From: Paragordius varius
Taxonomy: Eukaryota > Animalia > Nematomorpha
Direction: 5' to 3'
Assembly: GCA_964247055.1 (NCBI GenBank)
Contig: OZ176054.1
Location: 12,710,001 to 12,774,000 of the forward strand
Length of the DNA: 64,000 nucleotides
A program made the position numbers and the translations under genes. The notes beneath the pieces were generated by a model that saw only the letters and a list, made by a program, of their open reading frames with translations, searched no databases and was not told the DNA's origin. Shown piece by piece: positions 49,241 to 62,625 of the stretch. How positions within the stretch are numbered: the first letter of the stretch is position 1; the number at the start of each line of letters is the position of its first letter.

Positions 49241-52200
49241 CAGTATGCATTTTAATGTATGTTAAGTAATTTTATTGCCAGTCAAATAACATTAATGGTT
49301 TATCAAATGCGTAAAATACTGACCCACAAAATTATTTCGTAGTACACATATGAAGAGGATAGACGTGAGAATTAACATAGGCTTTAATTGATGGATATTT
49401 TGTAATGTTAAATTTTGAGTATATTATAGCAATTTATGTTAAAATTTGAAATTTTGTTGGTTTTTATCTTTAAAGAATTAATAAATAGTAAAATAAGTAT
49501 TTTAAGATTATATGTTAAATATTCTTTATTAAATTTATCATATTTTTTAATATGATAAATACCTGTATCAATCAAAATTGGTATTATTATTTTATATAGT
49601 TGTTATTACCAATTAAAAAAAACACAGGTAAATATGTATTTGTGAAAATTTTGGGAAATTTTAGATTGTTTTTGTTTTTAATACATTGTTAATTATTAAT
49701 AATTTTTAAATATTTCAGACATGTTGATCAGGTAAAAATTGCGGTTTTTAACTTTAGTCAAATTTAATTTTTTTATGTTTTTTTCTTTAATTAATTGTAA
49801 TTAATTACTACATATTTTGGACAAAAAAACAGGTGAAAATTGAGGTTTTTAATAAGTTAATAAAATTTTTATTTTTGTTCAACCTTGCTAATTTATTAAT
49901 TACTATATATTTTTGATACATTGATATATACAGGTAAAAATTACTATCATTTGCGGTTTTTAAATTTAAATTATTTTTTTGTTTTACATTGATAACTAAT
50001 ATATTAAATATAGTTAACATATCTGAGCATACAGGTAAAAATGTATGTTACGGTTTGACATTTTGTATTCCAAATCCAACTATGTGTATTTTAGCAAACG
50101 CCTTATGTCACCAAAGATTCAAAATAAGATCAAGATTAAAACATCTTTTAAAGTATCTGAATTTCGCCAAATATAAATAAATTTATTTAAATTATAAATG
50201 TATAATTATACAAAATATTCATAATATTATATTTGAAATTAGTATTCTTCTTATTGATATTAATACAGGTTATTTGTATCTAATATTGATACACGATGCG
50301 GTGTACGTTCATGATTGTCTAATCTTAGATTGAAGAATATCATGAGATGCCGAAAAATAATTAAATGCAGATTAAAATTTCAATCACCATCATTTTCTGG
50401 GTAGAATCTATCAACTAAAATATAAGATAGAAAGGTATTTATTAATATATTAAAAAATTGATACCTGGATTCTAGTAGTATTTTCAACATAATTTTAAAT
50501 ATTGGGGGCTAAAACATTCAAAGTTTGAAAGGGAGCTAAATAAGGTTGACCTGGCTTTTTAACAACTAAATTTGCAAAAAAATATTTTCTTCATGATAAA
50601 AAATTCAAAAATGATACTTTATGTTTTTGCGTTTTCGTTCTACCATCCCAAATTATAAATATGAAAAGACTTATATGATTTCACCAATGACGTCAAATAG
50701 AAAATACAAACAAATATATTTTTTTAAAAACTTTGAATGCCACAGCACTCCAAAAACTAAGCAGGCAACACTAACATTGTTTGCATTGGTGAAGAATAGT
50801 TTTTCATATTTATAGTTTAGGATAGTAGAACGAAAACGCAAAAACATAAAGTATCATTTTTGAATTTTTTATCAAAAATATTTTTTGCAAATTGAGTTGT
50901 TAAAAAGCCAAGTCAACCTTATTTAGTTCCCTTTCAATCTTTGAATGTTTTAGCCCCCAATATTTAAATTTATGTTGAAAATACTTCTAGAATCTAGGTA
51001 TCATTGTTCTAATATATTAAATACCTTCCTATCTTATATTTTAGTTGATAGAATCTACCCAGAAAATAATGGTGATTGAAATTTTCAGGATTATCTTCAT
51101 TTAATTATTTTTTGGCATCTCATGATATTCTTCAATCTAAGATATGATCATCATGAACGCACACCGCATCGTATATCAATATTAGAAACAAATTACCTGT
51201 ATTAATATCAATATGAAGAATACTAATTTCAAACATAATATTATGAATATTTTGTATAATTATACATTTATAATTTAAATAAATTTATTTATATTTGGCG
51301 AAATTCAGATACTTTAAAATATGTTTTATTCTTGATCTTATTTTGAATCTTTGGTGACATAAGGCGTTTGTTAAAATACATATAGTTGATTTGGAATACA
51401 AAATGTCAAACCTAAAACCGTAACATACATTTTTACCTGTATGCTCAGATATGTTTACTATATTTAATATATTGATTATCAATGTAAAACAAAAAAATAA
51501 TTTTGCTAAAAATTTAAAAACCGCAAATGATAGTAATTTTTACCTGTATATATCATATCAAAAATATATAGTAATTAATAAATTAGCAAGGTTGAACAAA
51601 AAATATAAAATTTTATTAATTTATTAAAAACCGCAAATGATAGTAATTTTTACCTGTATATATCAATGTATCAAAAATATATAGGAATTAATAAATTAGC
51701 AAGGTTTAACAAAAAATATAAAATTTTATTAATTTATTATAAACCGCAATTTTCACTTGTTTATTAAATGTCCAAAATATTTAGTAATTAATAACAAATA
51801 ACAATGATACAAAACACAAAAAATGTTAACTTTTATTAAATTTATTAAAAACCGCAATTTTCACCTGTATTTATTAAAATGTCCAAAATAATGTAGTAAT
51901 TAATTACAGTTAACAATGTTAAATAAAAAAACAAAAAAAAAATTAAATTTGATTAAAGCTATTAAAGACCGCAATTTTTACCTGATCAACATGTCTGAAA
52001 TATTTAAAAATTATTAATAATTAACAATGTAAAACATTAAAAACAAAAGCAATCAATTTACTAAAATTTTCACAAATACATATTTACCTGTTTTTTTAAT
52101 TAGTAATAACAACTATATAAAATAATAATACCAATTTTGATTAATACAGGTATTTATCATATTAAAAAATATGATAAATTTAATTAAGAATAAATAACGT

Positions 52201-52501
52201 AAATAATCTTAAAATACCTATTTTACAAATAATTAATTTATTAAAGATAAAATCCCACAAGATTCCGCATCTAAATACGTAACAACATTATTTCAATGTT
52301 AACATAAAGTGCTATAATATTCTCAAAATTTAACATTACAAAATATCCATCAAATTAAAGCCTATGTTAATTCTCACGTCAATCCTCTTTCATATGTAAC
52401 TACGAGATAATTTTGTGGGTCAGTATTTTACGCATTTGATAAACCATTAATGTTATTTGACTGGCAATAAAATTACTTAATATACATTAGAATGCATACT
52501 G
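49241..52501. repeat. 3.3-kb foldback palindrome (arms ~1.45 and ~1.7 kb, spacer ~50690-50782), probably a non-coding DNA-transposon derivative
   Basis: TA|CAGTATGCAT...ATGCATACTG|TA. Arms are reverse complements along their length. Internal ACAGGTAAA and TGCGGTTTT repeats. Confidence 0.85.
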
Positions 52502-53864
52502 TAATATTTGTTTCTTTATTTTTCACGTTTTGTCTTTACAATTTCAATAAAAAATTAAGGCCAAAATAACAGTTTTTATATTTATATTCAAAGTGTGTGA
52601 TTTTGGTATCAACAATAGAGGGCACTAGAAATGATTAAACCAGATGACATAAATAATTCATTACACAAGTGTGTTTTTAATAACAATTGAATTGTAACAT
52701 AATCTTTTACAGTAATATGTAATCCAGCCCACTGGCCTACATTCTATATATCTTTGGCTTATAGAATCTTTTAGTTATTATCAATTTAAGAAAGGGAAAA
52801 CGTGCGCGAAAAGTACGCATACGATCAATTTGTTACACCAACACACACATTACTAAATAGCGTCTTTTTTCATTTGGTAATCCGAATTCCTAAAAACATT
52901 TGACAATATAAAAGTGTGATAAGAGAGTTAACGTTTGTTGGCAGAATATGGTGAGTAAGTTGTATTGATGAACACATGCAACATGATTCCAAATATCAAA
53001 TTTGAAATAGTGTGATGCTCTGATAGGCCAGCCCACTACGAAGATGCTTAAGTGGAAGCATTGGATTTTGATTCAACTAAAAATTTAAAACGAAAGCATT
53101 ATTACATGAACAAAAGATCAATATCTTACGAGGGAAATATCAAATAAACTTGGTAAATAGATCCCACTAAATTTGAATGAACATAAGAGTGAAAATATAA
53201 AGACTCGTGAAACACTGCTTTAACGTCACGAAAAAGAATTCAATATTGCATCGAAGTGGAACGGGTAATGAGGAATTGTCATAGTTTGTAAAGTGAAAAG
53301 GGGAGAAAAACGGTTATTTACATCATGGTTTGATTAAAAAACGACCGAACCAGAAGACATAACCAAGGACGCTAAAATTTAGTCTTCTCACATAGCAAAA
53401 CCAGTTTGTCGCTTTGATTGGGAATGATTTGTCATTTACTGAATTATCTTAACGCGACGCCATATGACTTATGCAAGTTTGCATTAGCCGCAATCCAATA
53501 ATTTTTAATAGAAAATGGCATGACGAATGGTTTTTTGCAAAAAAGAACAGTTTTTTAAGCATGATATTGATACTATATCTAATACATAGGCTAAATGTGT
53601 AAAAGACAATATACATTATTAAATTATGACTAGAATGTCTTTTAAAACTCTAAAATATACATTTCACCATAATAACAATGAAAAAAATCTAAAATTCTTT
53701 TTACACCAGCCATTGGAACGGGGATTAAACCATTTATAATGTGGTAACCTCAATCAAAAAGACCACCTCAATCAAAAGACCAAACAATATTTTTGGACTG
53801 TAAATATTGCGAAAATAAATAGAGAAATAATAATTACATTATATGATATCACTCTTTCGAGCGG

Positions 53865-56759
53865 TCATATCCGTAAACTATTTCGCCATAGAACCCTGTC
53901 TAAGGCGTCTTCGCGTTTTAGGTTCAGTTTTGCCATGTCCCTCTTAACTGTATCTATCCATCGCGTTTTAGGGCGCCCTTTTCCCCTCTTGCCTTTTACA
54001 ATATAATCGTCAATCTTTTTACCAATGTAATTTTTATCTCTTCTTTCAACATGTCCAAACCATCTTAAACGATTTACCATCATCTTTTGCGTTACCGATT
54101 TGATTTCCGTACTTCCTCTTATGTAGACATTCTTCACCTTGTCTTTCCTCGTTACACCGCACATCAATCTAAGCATTCTCATTTCAGTAACCTCAAAGTG
54201 CCTCTCTTCTGATTTCTTTATTGCCCATGTCTGTGAGTTGTACATCATTGTTGGTTGTACAACAGCACTGTAAATCTTACCCTTTACTTTTAGGTCAATA
54301 TTTTTGTCGCACAAAACACTTGAGATCTTTTTGTAATTTGCCCAACTATTTCGAATTCTTAAATTAATATCAAGTGTTAAAGATCCATCAGCTGCTAATA
54401 TTGCTCCTAAATATTTGCATTCTTCCTGACCTTTTAATACCCACCCTTCTTCTAATTCTATTTCTCGTTTTTTCCCACCAAAATTTATCAGTTCCGTTTT
54501 CTTTTTGTTAACTTTTAATCCGCATCGTCGTAACACATCCATCCATTTACCCACCGATTCTTTTAATTCATGCAACTCGTCGGACAGCACTATTAAGTCG
54601 TCTGCATAAAGAAAATACCAGCCATCATGTTGTCCTACTTCTTTTGAAATTTCGTCCATGCATATTATAAATAGTAACGGGCTGATTGCAGACCCCTGAT
54701 AGACCCCTTCGTTTATTGTAATAGGACCTGATATTCCCTGGTGTGTTTTAATTTTGGTTTGGTGTGATTCGTACATGCTTTTTAAAATCTTTATGTAACT
54801 TTCAGGGACCTTTTTCCGTCTTAAGCTCCACCATATTGTGCTCCGAGGTATTCTGTCAAACGCCTTTTCAATATCAATACAAATACCATGCAACTCCTTT
54901 TTCATTTCTATATGCTTCTCGATTAGCCTTCTTACTGCGTGAATTGGGTCAATGGTGGATTTTCCTGGAATAAAACCAAATTGATTACCCTCAATACTAA
55001 CCATTTTTCTTATTCTTTTCTCTAGTACTTTCTCAAATAACTTCATTGTATGCGACATCAATCTTATCCCTCTGTAATTATTACAATCATTAATATCTCC
55101 TTTACCCTTGAAAATGGGAATAGTGAAACTCTCCTTCCATTCGGTTGGTATCATACCTGTAGTAACCACATTATTAAAAATATCTGCCAAAAATTCAATA
55201 CCTTTTCCTGACAATATTTTCCAACAGTTTATGTTAATATCGTCTGGACCTGCAGCCTTATTTATTGACATCTCTTCTAAACCAGCCTGGACTTCTTCCC
55301 TTGTTATACTTTCAATATGCGCAGATTTATAATCTGGTGTTTCGGGTAAACTTGTTTCACTGACGCCCAATTCAAGTTCCTGGAAATATTCTTTCCACCT
55401 TTTCAATATTTTCGCTTCCTCAACGAGTAATTTGCCTTTTTTATCTTTAATGGCTGTCGCATAAGGGGGCAAGTCCAGCTTTCTTCTTTGTCTTTGTCGA
55501 GCAATTTTAAAAACTTTGTTTAAACCTTGCTTACTGTTCAACTCTTCATATAATGATGCCGTCTTTTCTTTTTTGACCAATCTTACAAGCCTTTTAAGTT
55601 CCTTATTAATCCTTTTATATTTTTCCTTGTCTTCTGCTTGGTGGGTAAACCTCCACGTTTTAAAAGCTTTTCTTTTCTCTTGCGATTTCAGAATTATTTT
55701 TTCGTCTTTCAGCCATGCCTCTCTATAAACCTGATTTCTGCCACCTTTCATTCCGCACACCTTAACTCCCGCCTCTCTTATATTTTTTGCCACCTGAGAC
55801 CAAACACTTTCTGGATCACTGTTCCTGTCTAGTATGCCTACCGTTTCTACAAATCTTTCTTTACTGTTTCTTAGAGAATCCCATTTAATTACCTTCGGCG
55901 CTATAGGCATAGGCTTTTTGGCATTTATTGGTATATCTGTCATATATTTACACATAATTAAATTGTGTTGTGTGCTAATCTGCAAGTTAGGTATCACTTT
56001 GCAGTCCAAAACAAACTTTAAAGACTTTCGTGGCACTAGAATATAATCAATTTGTGACTTCTTATTTCCACTTTCGTAGGTAATTAAGTGGCTCTCCCTT
56101 TTCGTAAAAAAAGTATTTGTTATAGCAAAGTTATAAGATTGGGCAAATCTTAATAAACTAGCCCCTTCTTCATTTATAACCCCGTAACCTTTTCCGCCGT
56201 GCCAAGGTTCAAAACCTCTCCTATCTTGTCCCACGTGCCCGTTGAAATCACCACAAAATATAATTTCTCTGTATTTCGTTAATGAAGTCATTTCTGCGTC
56301 TAACAAATCATAAAATTTATCTTTCTCTGGTTTAGTTAAACCTATCTGGGGGGCATAAACGCTAAAGATAGTAAAAACCCTCTTATTTAACAATACGTCG
56401 ACACTTATGATTCTACTGTCAGCACGTCTAACCTCAATTACTTGATTGGCAAATCTTGGGCACACTATTATGGCAACCCCACAGTAACCATCCGTAGAAC
56501 CTGAATAAAACATTTTATAATTACCCTCTAACGTCTTAGTACCATTTCCACGGTATCTGGTCTCCTGAATGCACAAAAAATTTACTTTTTTTACCCTCAT
56601 AGTTTCAACTAAATCATATAACTTACTTTTTAACGAACCAACATTTATACTGGCAAAACACATTCTACAACCTTCCTTATCCCTATTGGCCCCTACCTCC
56701 GTGCAGCGACTGGCCGGGTCTGGCCTGCACGCCTTACAAAAAACACTCATAAAAAACAA
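53865..56759 (-). CDS. Second RTE-clade non-LTR ORF (APE + RT, 964 aa, uninterrupted)
   Basis: SINVGSL, LCIQETR, YAPQ, GDFNGHVG, NYRGIRL, GVYQGSAISP, YADD, KYLG, RLRWFGHV, GRPKTRW. Confidence 0.93.
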   Translation of the reverse strand: MFFMSVFCKACRPDPASRCTEVGANRDKEGCRMCFASINVGSLKSKLYDLVETMRVKKVNFLCIQETRYRGNGTKTLEGNYKMFYSGSTDGYCGVAIIVCPRFANQVIEVRRADSRIISVDVLLNKRVFTIFSVYAPQIGLTKPEKDKFYDLLDAEMTSLTKYREIIFCGDFNGHVGQDRRGFEPWHGGKGYGVINEEGASLLRFAQSYNFAITNTFFTKRESHLITYESGNKKSQIDYILVPRKSLKFVLDCKVIPNLQISTQHNLIMCKYMTDIPINAKKPMPIAPKVIKWDSLRNSKERFVETVGILDRNSDPESVWSQVAKNIREAGVKVCGMKGGRNQVYREAWLKDEKIILKSQEKRKAFKTWRFTHQAEDKEKYKRINKELKRLVRLVKKEKTASLYEELNSKQGLNKVFKIARQRQRRKLDLPPYATAIKDKKGKLLVEEAKILKRWKEYFQELELGVSETSLPETPDYKSAHIESITREEVQAGLEEMSINKAAGPDDININCWKILSGKGIEFLADIFNNVVTTGMIPTEWKESFTIPIFKGKGDINDCNNYRGIRLMSHTMKLFEKVLEKRIRKMVSIEGNQFGFIPGKSTIDPIHAVRRLIEKHIEMKKELHGICIDIEKAFDRIPRSTIWWSLRRKKVPESYIKILKSMYESHQTKIKTHQGISGPITINEGVYQGSAISPLLFIICMDEISKEVGQHDGWYFLYADDLIVLSDELHELKESVGKWMDVLRRCGLKVNKKKTELINFGGKKREIELEEGWVLKGQEECKYLGAILAADGSLTLDINLRIRNSWANYKKISSVLCDKNIDLKVKGKIYSAVVQPTMMYNSQTWAIKKSEERHFEVTEMRMLRLMCGVTRKDKVKNVYIRGSTEIKSVTQKMMVNRLRWFGHVERRDKNYIGKKIDDYIVKGKRGKGRPKTRWIDTVKRDMAKLNLKREDALDRVLWRNSLRI

Positions 56760-56831
56760 AAATACAATAAAGAAGAAGAATAATGTAGATAATAAACACT
56801 AAGATATATAGTAACTAATATATAAAGCAAC

Positions 56832-56861
56832 TAAAAAAGAATCAAAAGATTTTAACCAAAA

Positions 56862-56898
<37 letters not shown>

Positions 56899-56945
56899 CT
56901 AAAAAAGAATCAAAAATTTTAACCAAAAATATAATAATAATAATT
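56832..56945. repeat. (TAA)n microsatellite within a short direct duplication, upstream of the RTE ORF
   Basis: AAAAAAGAATCAAAA..TTTTAACCAAAAATATAATAATAAT occurs twice, with a long TAA run. Confidence 0.8.
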
Positions 56946-58286
56946 AAAAAAGAAATACATAAATATATATCAATTAGTAAAAAAATAGAGAAATCCATAG
57001 CATTAATGAAATATAATACATGCCCTGTAAATTTAATTTTATTTTATCACATAAACATCTAGATTAGAATCGAACAAAATGATTTAGGAATATTTATATA
57101 CGAGATGTCGACCCTGAAACACATTATACAAATGTTTTTAGAGGGCTTGGACACTATAAAATATTTCTCCAACATCCATGTTGATGGTTCCCTTTATAAT
57201 TACGTAAATACTGGGATCAATTTCAAAATCGTAGTAAAAGAATGCGTAATGCCAAGTAAGTTTTTAAACCAAATTACATATATTATTAAATTGTCTTATA
57301 TAATATACCATTTACAATTCTATTTCAAGCTTGACAATTCAAAATCACCCTAAAATAATGTGTTTTTTAAAAATTTTAAATTACCTATCTCATTTTATAT
57401 TTTTAAAAAATGAAATTTTGTTTATAATTAATATAATATTGAAAAAATAATAAACTGTTTTATATTAATGATGATATTAGCCCGAAAATACATAATTTAT
57501 TTTTAGGGTGAATTTGAATTGTTCAAGGGTGAATTTAAATGTAAATGTTATATACATATTATAACATATATGTGTACATAGCTATAATATCGCGCTACAC
57601 TACTTTCCATGGAATAGGTAAATTTTTTATAATTACAACATCTGCATAGAAAAATTTGTCAACGTTCAGTCAGCCTGCTCACTTATAAAACAATCTACTT
57701 TTTATAATCTGATATGGCCTTCCTACACCGATGGAACCGAATCTATAAAGTATTTCCCTTTTCATTATTAACACAAAATGTTATATATTGAAAAATCACT
57801 AACATTTTCGTGTTATTATCAATTATAAATATGTCACAACAATATTAGTGTTAGTGAGAAATATCTCAGTTGGACTTTTGTATAACACCCATAAAGCTAA
57901 GATATTCTGCTTGAATCTATTTTTTGGCGATACATAACCAGGGCTAACACTTAATACGCTAAAAATCTTATAGGAAAAAATAGGATTATTATAGTGTCGG
58001 TTTTAATTACGAGCGATAAAATTTTTGCAACTTTTGTAGTATACCTATCAAAAATCGCAAAATTTGCGCCCATTTTGTTAAATATTTTCTTTAAAAGCTA
58101 AATGCCAGATAGAACAGTAATGTCAGCTTAACATTAAGTTGTATAATTTAATGACATTCAATTTATTGTTCTATATCCTAACCATTAAATGTGCCCGGTA
58201 AGTTATATTTTGAAGTTATAAGGAATGATATTCTAAATGTTCCTTTATCGTATATATTTTTCATTATATATTACTTGTTATCCTAG

Positions 58287-58640
58287 GTGGCTCCAGTATA
58301 ATTGATATGACAAAATTTGTAATAAAGTTATTTTGATTAATATTATTTATTTTGGAAAACTTTTAGGCTTTTTGCGTGTTAGAAAGACTGTAAGCTACAA
58401 TTTTAAAGGTTAAAATTTAGCTAGTTATAAATGAAGATATTTATTTAATCTTTAATGACATTTTTCAACAGGAATATACAAATAGAAGTTAACAACCATT
58501 CATTATATCATCTTATTACAACATTAAATGCCCAGAAAACACATATTCCCTATATGGCTGAAAAGAAATTAATCCTATTGCCAGATTTGTCTTGGTATAA
58601 TTATTTTCCATCTGCTCCGATCATGATTGCGGAGATAAAT
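58287..58640 (+). CDS. Candidate exons of an unidentified gene (58287-58318, 58367-58389, 58472-58640)
   Basis: GT-AG boundaries with consistent phases give GSSIIDMTKF-AFCVLERL-NIQIEVNN...MIAEIN. No family recognised. Confidence 0.3.
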
Positions 58641-59109
58641 GTATGATACATCAATTAAAAAATAAAAATACAATCGAATTCATTAGAATTAGGAAGAAAC
58701 ATATACAGTAAAAATTGAAATTACGGACAAATCGTAAAAGACAACCATACTTTTTGAAACCTTAATGTTTCCATATTACAATAGTAAAATATAGATCTGA
58801 TTTTTTAAGTTTTATATATTTCTATTTCTTACTTTGACATTAATCTAACGATGAGTTATATTGAAATAAATCAAGAGTAAAAAAGTATCTTTTAGAAAAA
58901 ATATTTGTCTTTATATTTTAACGTTTTGTCCGTATATTTCAGTTTTTACTGTGTATTATCATTATCTACCAGTCTGGAAATTTTATTGGAATGGGTTAAC
59001 ATGCATATTTATGCTGCCCCATTCATATTATTGTTGCCAATTGGTAATACAGTAGTTAAATAATTTTCTCTCTAATAATAAACAAATTATATACCATAAG
59101 ATAGGAACA

Positions 59110-59262
59110 AAATTTTATTTAGATATTTTGGCATATTTATATAATTTTTATTAGGAAAGAAGCATAAATTAAAATTGGGACCGTTTCTTTAACAATTTTT
59201 TAAAAATCCTAACTCAAATTTAGTCTGGGGTATATTTAGATACCCCAATTTGAATCTAGGTG
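59110..59262. mobile_element. Single end of the piggyBac-like MITE
   Basis: ...TAGATACCCCAATTTGAATCTAGGTG|TTAA. Confidence 0.7.
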
Positions 59263-59899
59263 TTAAATAAAAATTTTATCAAAAAAATTAATATATATTT
59301 TGCTAAAAAATTAATAAAAATATTACCATTCCCCTTTAACAATATTTTAAGATTTTCATTTTTTACCAAAGATTTCCGACGCCCTTCCCCCACACTTCTT
59401 TTACTCTTTTAATGAATATGATATGGTAATACCATATAGCTCTTGTTTTTATATTCTTTACCAAATATTAATACCCAAAAACAAAAAAAAGTAAATTTTT
59501 GATAAAATAAAGTCTACATGACTGTAAAATATATTTCTGATATACGTTTATTTAGTCTTTTAGGCGCTGTAAAATTAGAATAAAGATCCTTTCGCTGTTA
59601 TATTTATACCCTTTTTAGTCAAAAGAAACACTTTTCCACAAAAAAAATTTTCACTCAAAGGCAACATTTTCCATCAAAAGGGAATTATAAATGTTGCGTT
59701 TGGTCGAAAAAACTTTTGACTGAAAAATGGTATATATGCATACATAAGGTGACCAGATTTTTTGAAGGAAAAAGCGGGACAAACCTGAGAAGGGGGTGGG
59801 TCATTGGGGGGTACAACTAAAAAATTTTATACAAAAAATTTATTGTAATATTTATTTATTTTTAACACAAATACATTATAAATATAAAAAAATTTGTAC

Positions 59900-60730
59900 C
59901 TCACAGGTTGTTTGTACCTTATTCAATAAATTTCCATGTGCACGAACAAAGGGTGAAGTGATTTTAATATTCTAGAAAAAAATAATAAAGACGAAATCAT
60001 CACAAAGTGCGCTGGGTGATGCAAGAAGCGGCACAAAAATATTTTTAACAATTTAGCGAATAATCTAAATCAAAACATTATTGGCAGATACACAACGTTC
60101 AAACAGCTATAATGATTTGTTACCCCTGGATGTGGAAAATATAGATGTTAAAATGCTTGAATATTGTAGAACTGTTGGTACGCTCTTTTGCAGCGATTGA
60201 TATATTTATAAAAATGTGATCTCCTAGAATCCTATTTTTTATCACAGGACAAAGGTCAAAATTCCAAGTCAAAAAAGGTTAGAAAATAATTTTATACCAT
60301 TACCTAATCGCAATATTATAAAGCATCCAGAAAAACAAGGCTCAATGAATAGCCAGAATATAAAAATGTTTTATACAAACAGAAACGATTATTTGGAAGA
60401 CAAGACGGTGCACAATGACACTTTATGATGAAGTCTCATTATTAAATAAATATATTGAATTAAAACTTATATTATGGACAACAGAAATAAATACGTAGGA
60501 TAGAAATGGTTAAAATAATCATTTAATCAAATTATGTTCCATACAATATTATTTTAATTGTAGAATTTGCATTATCTTTACCTGAACCACTGCTATTGAA
60601 CGCGTTTTTCCACAGTAAATTAAGTAAGGACACGGAATCAAATTTAAATGTTGAATAAAAGCCATTTTGTGTGTTCAAATATAATTTGACAAATTATGAA
60701 GACTTATACAATATTTTACGTGATTTTGTT
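59900..60730 (+). pseudogene. Heavily decayed second copy of the same transposase, inverted, inside the TIRs
   Basis: Colinear matches to the minus-strand ORF, e.g. AATCAAAACATTATTGGC, GATTTGTTACCC, GGTTAGAAAATAATTTTATACCATT, GATTATTTGGAAGAC, AAATATAATTTGACAAATT. Confidence 0.8.
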
Positions 60731-60762
60731 TATTTTTTTACACAAAAACTTTAAAGAAAATT

Positions 60763-62625
60763 TTATTCTTTGGTATATTTTTTGTTCGAGTGAATGCGTT
60801 TTAGCAGATTGTCATCATATTTTAAAAGATTGTAGAAGTCTTCACAAGAATTTGTCAAATTATATTTGAGAGATAAAACGGCCTTTAAAGTTTCAACATT
60901 TATATTTGATTTTTCCGATGTCCACACCTGATTTACTGTGGAAAAAACGCGCTCAGTAGCAGCGTTGGTTCCAGGTAAAGATAGTGTGAATTCCACAATT
61001 ATTAAAATATTATTGTATGTAATATAGCTGGCTTCAAAATGATGAAATATTTCCAACCATTTCTTTTCTACTGTATATTTTCTTTTGTCCATAATTTAAG
61101 TTTTTTATTATTAATATATCTTTTAACTAATACTTTAGAAAAAAGATCATTTTCTGAAAGATTACTTTTTGATTTTTGGGAGCAGATATAATCAAATGAT
61201 TTTTGAACATCGCACCAATTAAATTCTGATTTTAATGTTATCCAATGAAAATGATCAATTTCATTGAATTGCGTCGTCCAGTCTTCCAAATAATCTTTAC
61301 AGTTTGTATAAAACATTTTTATGTGGTACAGGATATCTTGGCGATTTATTAAGCCTTGTTTTTCTAATTATTTATTATATTGCGGATGGTTAATGGTATA
61401 AAATTATTTTCTAACCGTTTTTGACATTGGAATTTTAGGTTACTAACTTCATTGGCTACTTCGATTGTCGAAATTTTGTCACCTTCTATAAATTTAATTA
61501 CATTTTGAAAGAGAGAAGCTTGATTATGTAAGAATTCTAACCATATTTTTGAACAATCACTTTCAAAAAACTTTTTTAAAATTGTAGGACATTTATCCTG
61601 TGATAATAAAAAAGATTTTAAAGGATCATACATTTTTAAAATTCTTTCGATAGCTGGCATAAAAGCTAACCAACGAGTTTTACAATATCCAAGCATTTTT
61701 GATATTGAACTTCTGCATTTTCACAGAATTCTTTAAGCGTTTCAACACTACCGTGTATATATAAAAATAGGAATATATTTTAACAACTACATTTTCTACA
61801 TCTAAGGGTAACAAATCTGCAGCTGTTTGAATAGCGTTGTGTATTATATGCGCTGCACACCCTACGCCAATAATGTTTTGATTAAGATTATCTGCTAATA
61901 CATGAAAAATATTTTTAGTTCTTCTCCTTGCTTTTCCACCAAAGTTCGTATTGGTGTTGTCAGCGAAATATGCGATAATTTTGTCTTTTAAATTATTTTC
62001 TAGAATATGCATTATTGAAGTAAATATTATTTCAGAATTTTCACCGGGTAGGGAAATTAAATCTAAAATTTTAATTTTTACTCCGGTTTCTGAATCAAAA
62101 TATCTTATCAAAGTAGGAAATAATTTTGTTTGATGGTGATTTGATGCATCAGAGTATAGGGATAAGAAATTAATTTTTAGCAAATCTTTTTGTTTTTCAG
62201 ATAATGTTTGTGGCGAAAGGACATTGCACACAATGGCTTCAGCCTGTGTACGGGCACATGTAAATTTTTTATGGAATAACGTGCGAATAACCTGTGAGGT
62301 ACAGTCCATAGATCTAAAGGAATGATTGTGATTAACGGCGTGAAAAGATAACACGCCTTCAGCTAGTGTCAAATTCTTTTCTTCCTCTCCAAAAGCGGTT
62401 TTTCAAAAAAATCGCTCATTTTGTAAGATTATGCCGCCATATCTAAACATTTTTTATGTTTCTGTGTTTCCATATGCTTTGTAATATCATGCTTGCCGCC
62501 ATGTGCTAGGGTGAATTCCCCCTCGCATATAAGACATTTAATAGATGATTCATTCTTCGTTTTTTAATAAAAGGAAAATCCTTCATTAATTCATCGTTGA
62601 ATTTACAACCTCTTTTTGTGCTCAT
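60763..62625 (-). pseudogene. Frameshifted hAT transposase
   Basis: N-terminal zinc-finger-like CLIC...HDITKH, then HNHSFRSMDC, DASNH, DNTNTNFG, GVGCAAHIIHN, TRWLAF and the dimerisation motif LPGTNAATERVFS, spread over several frames. Confidence 0.88.

Noticed and set aside
53820-56950. AATAATAATTA as a TSD for the second RTE
   Set aside because: Low-complexity match inside a TAA microsatellite, so not reliable.
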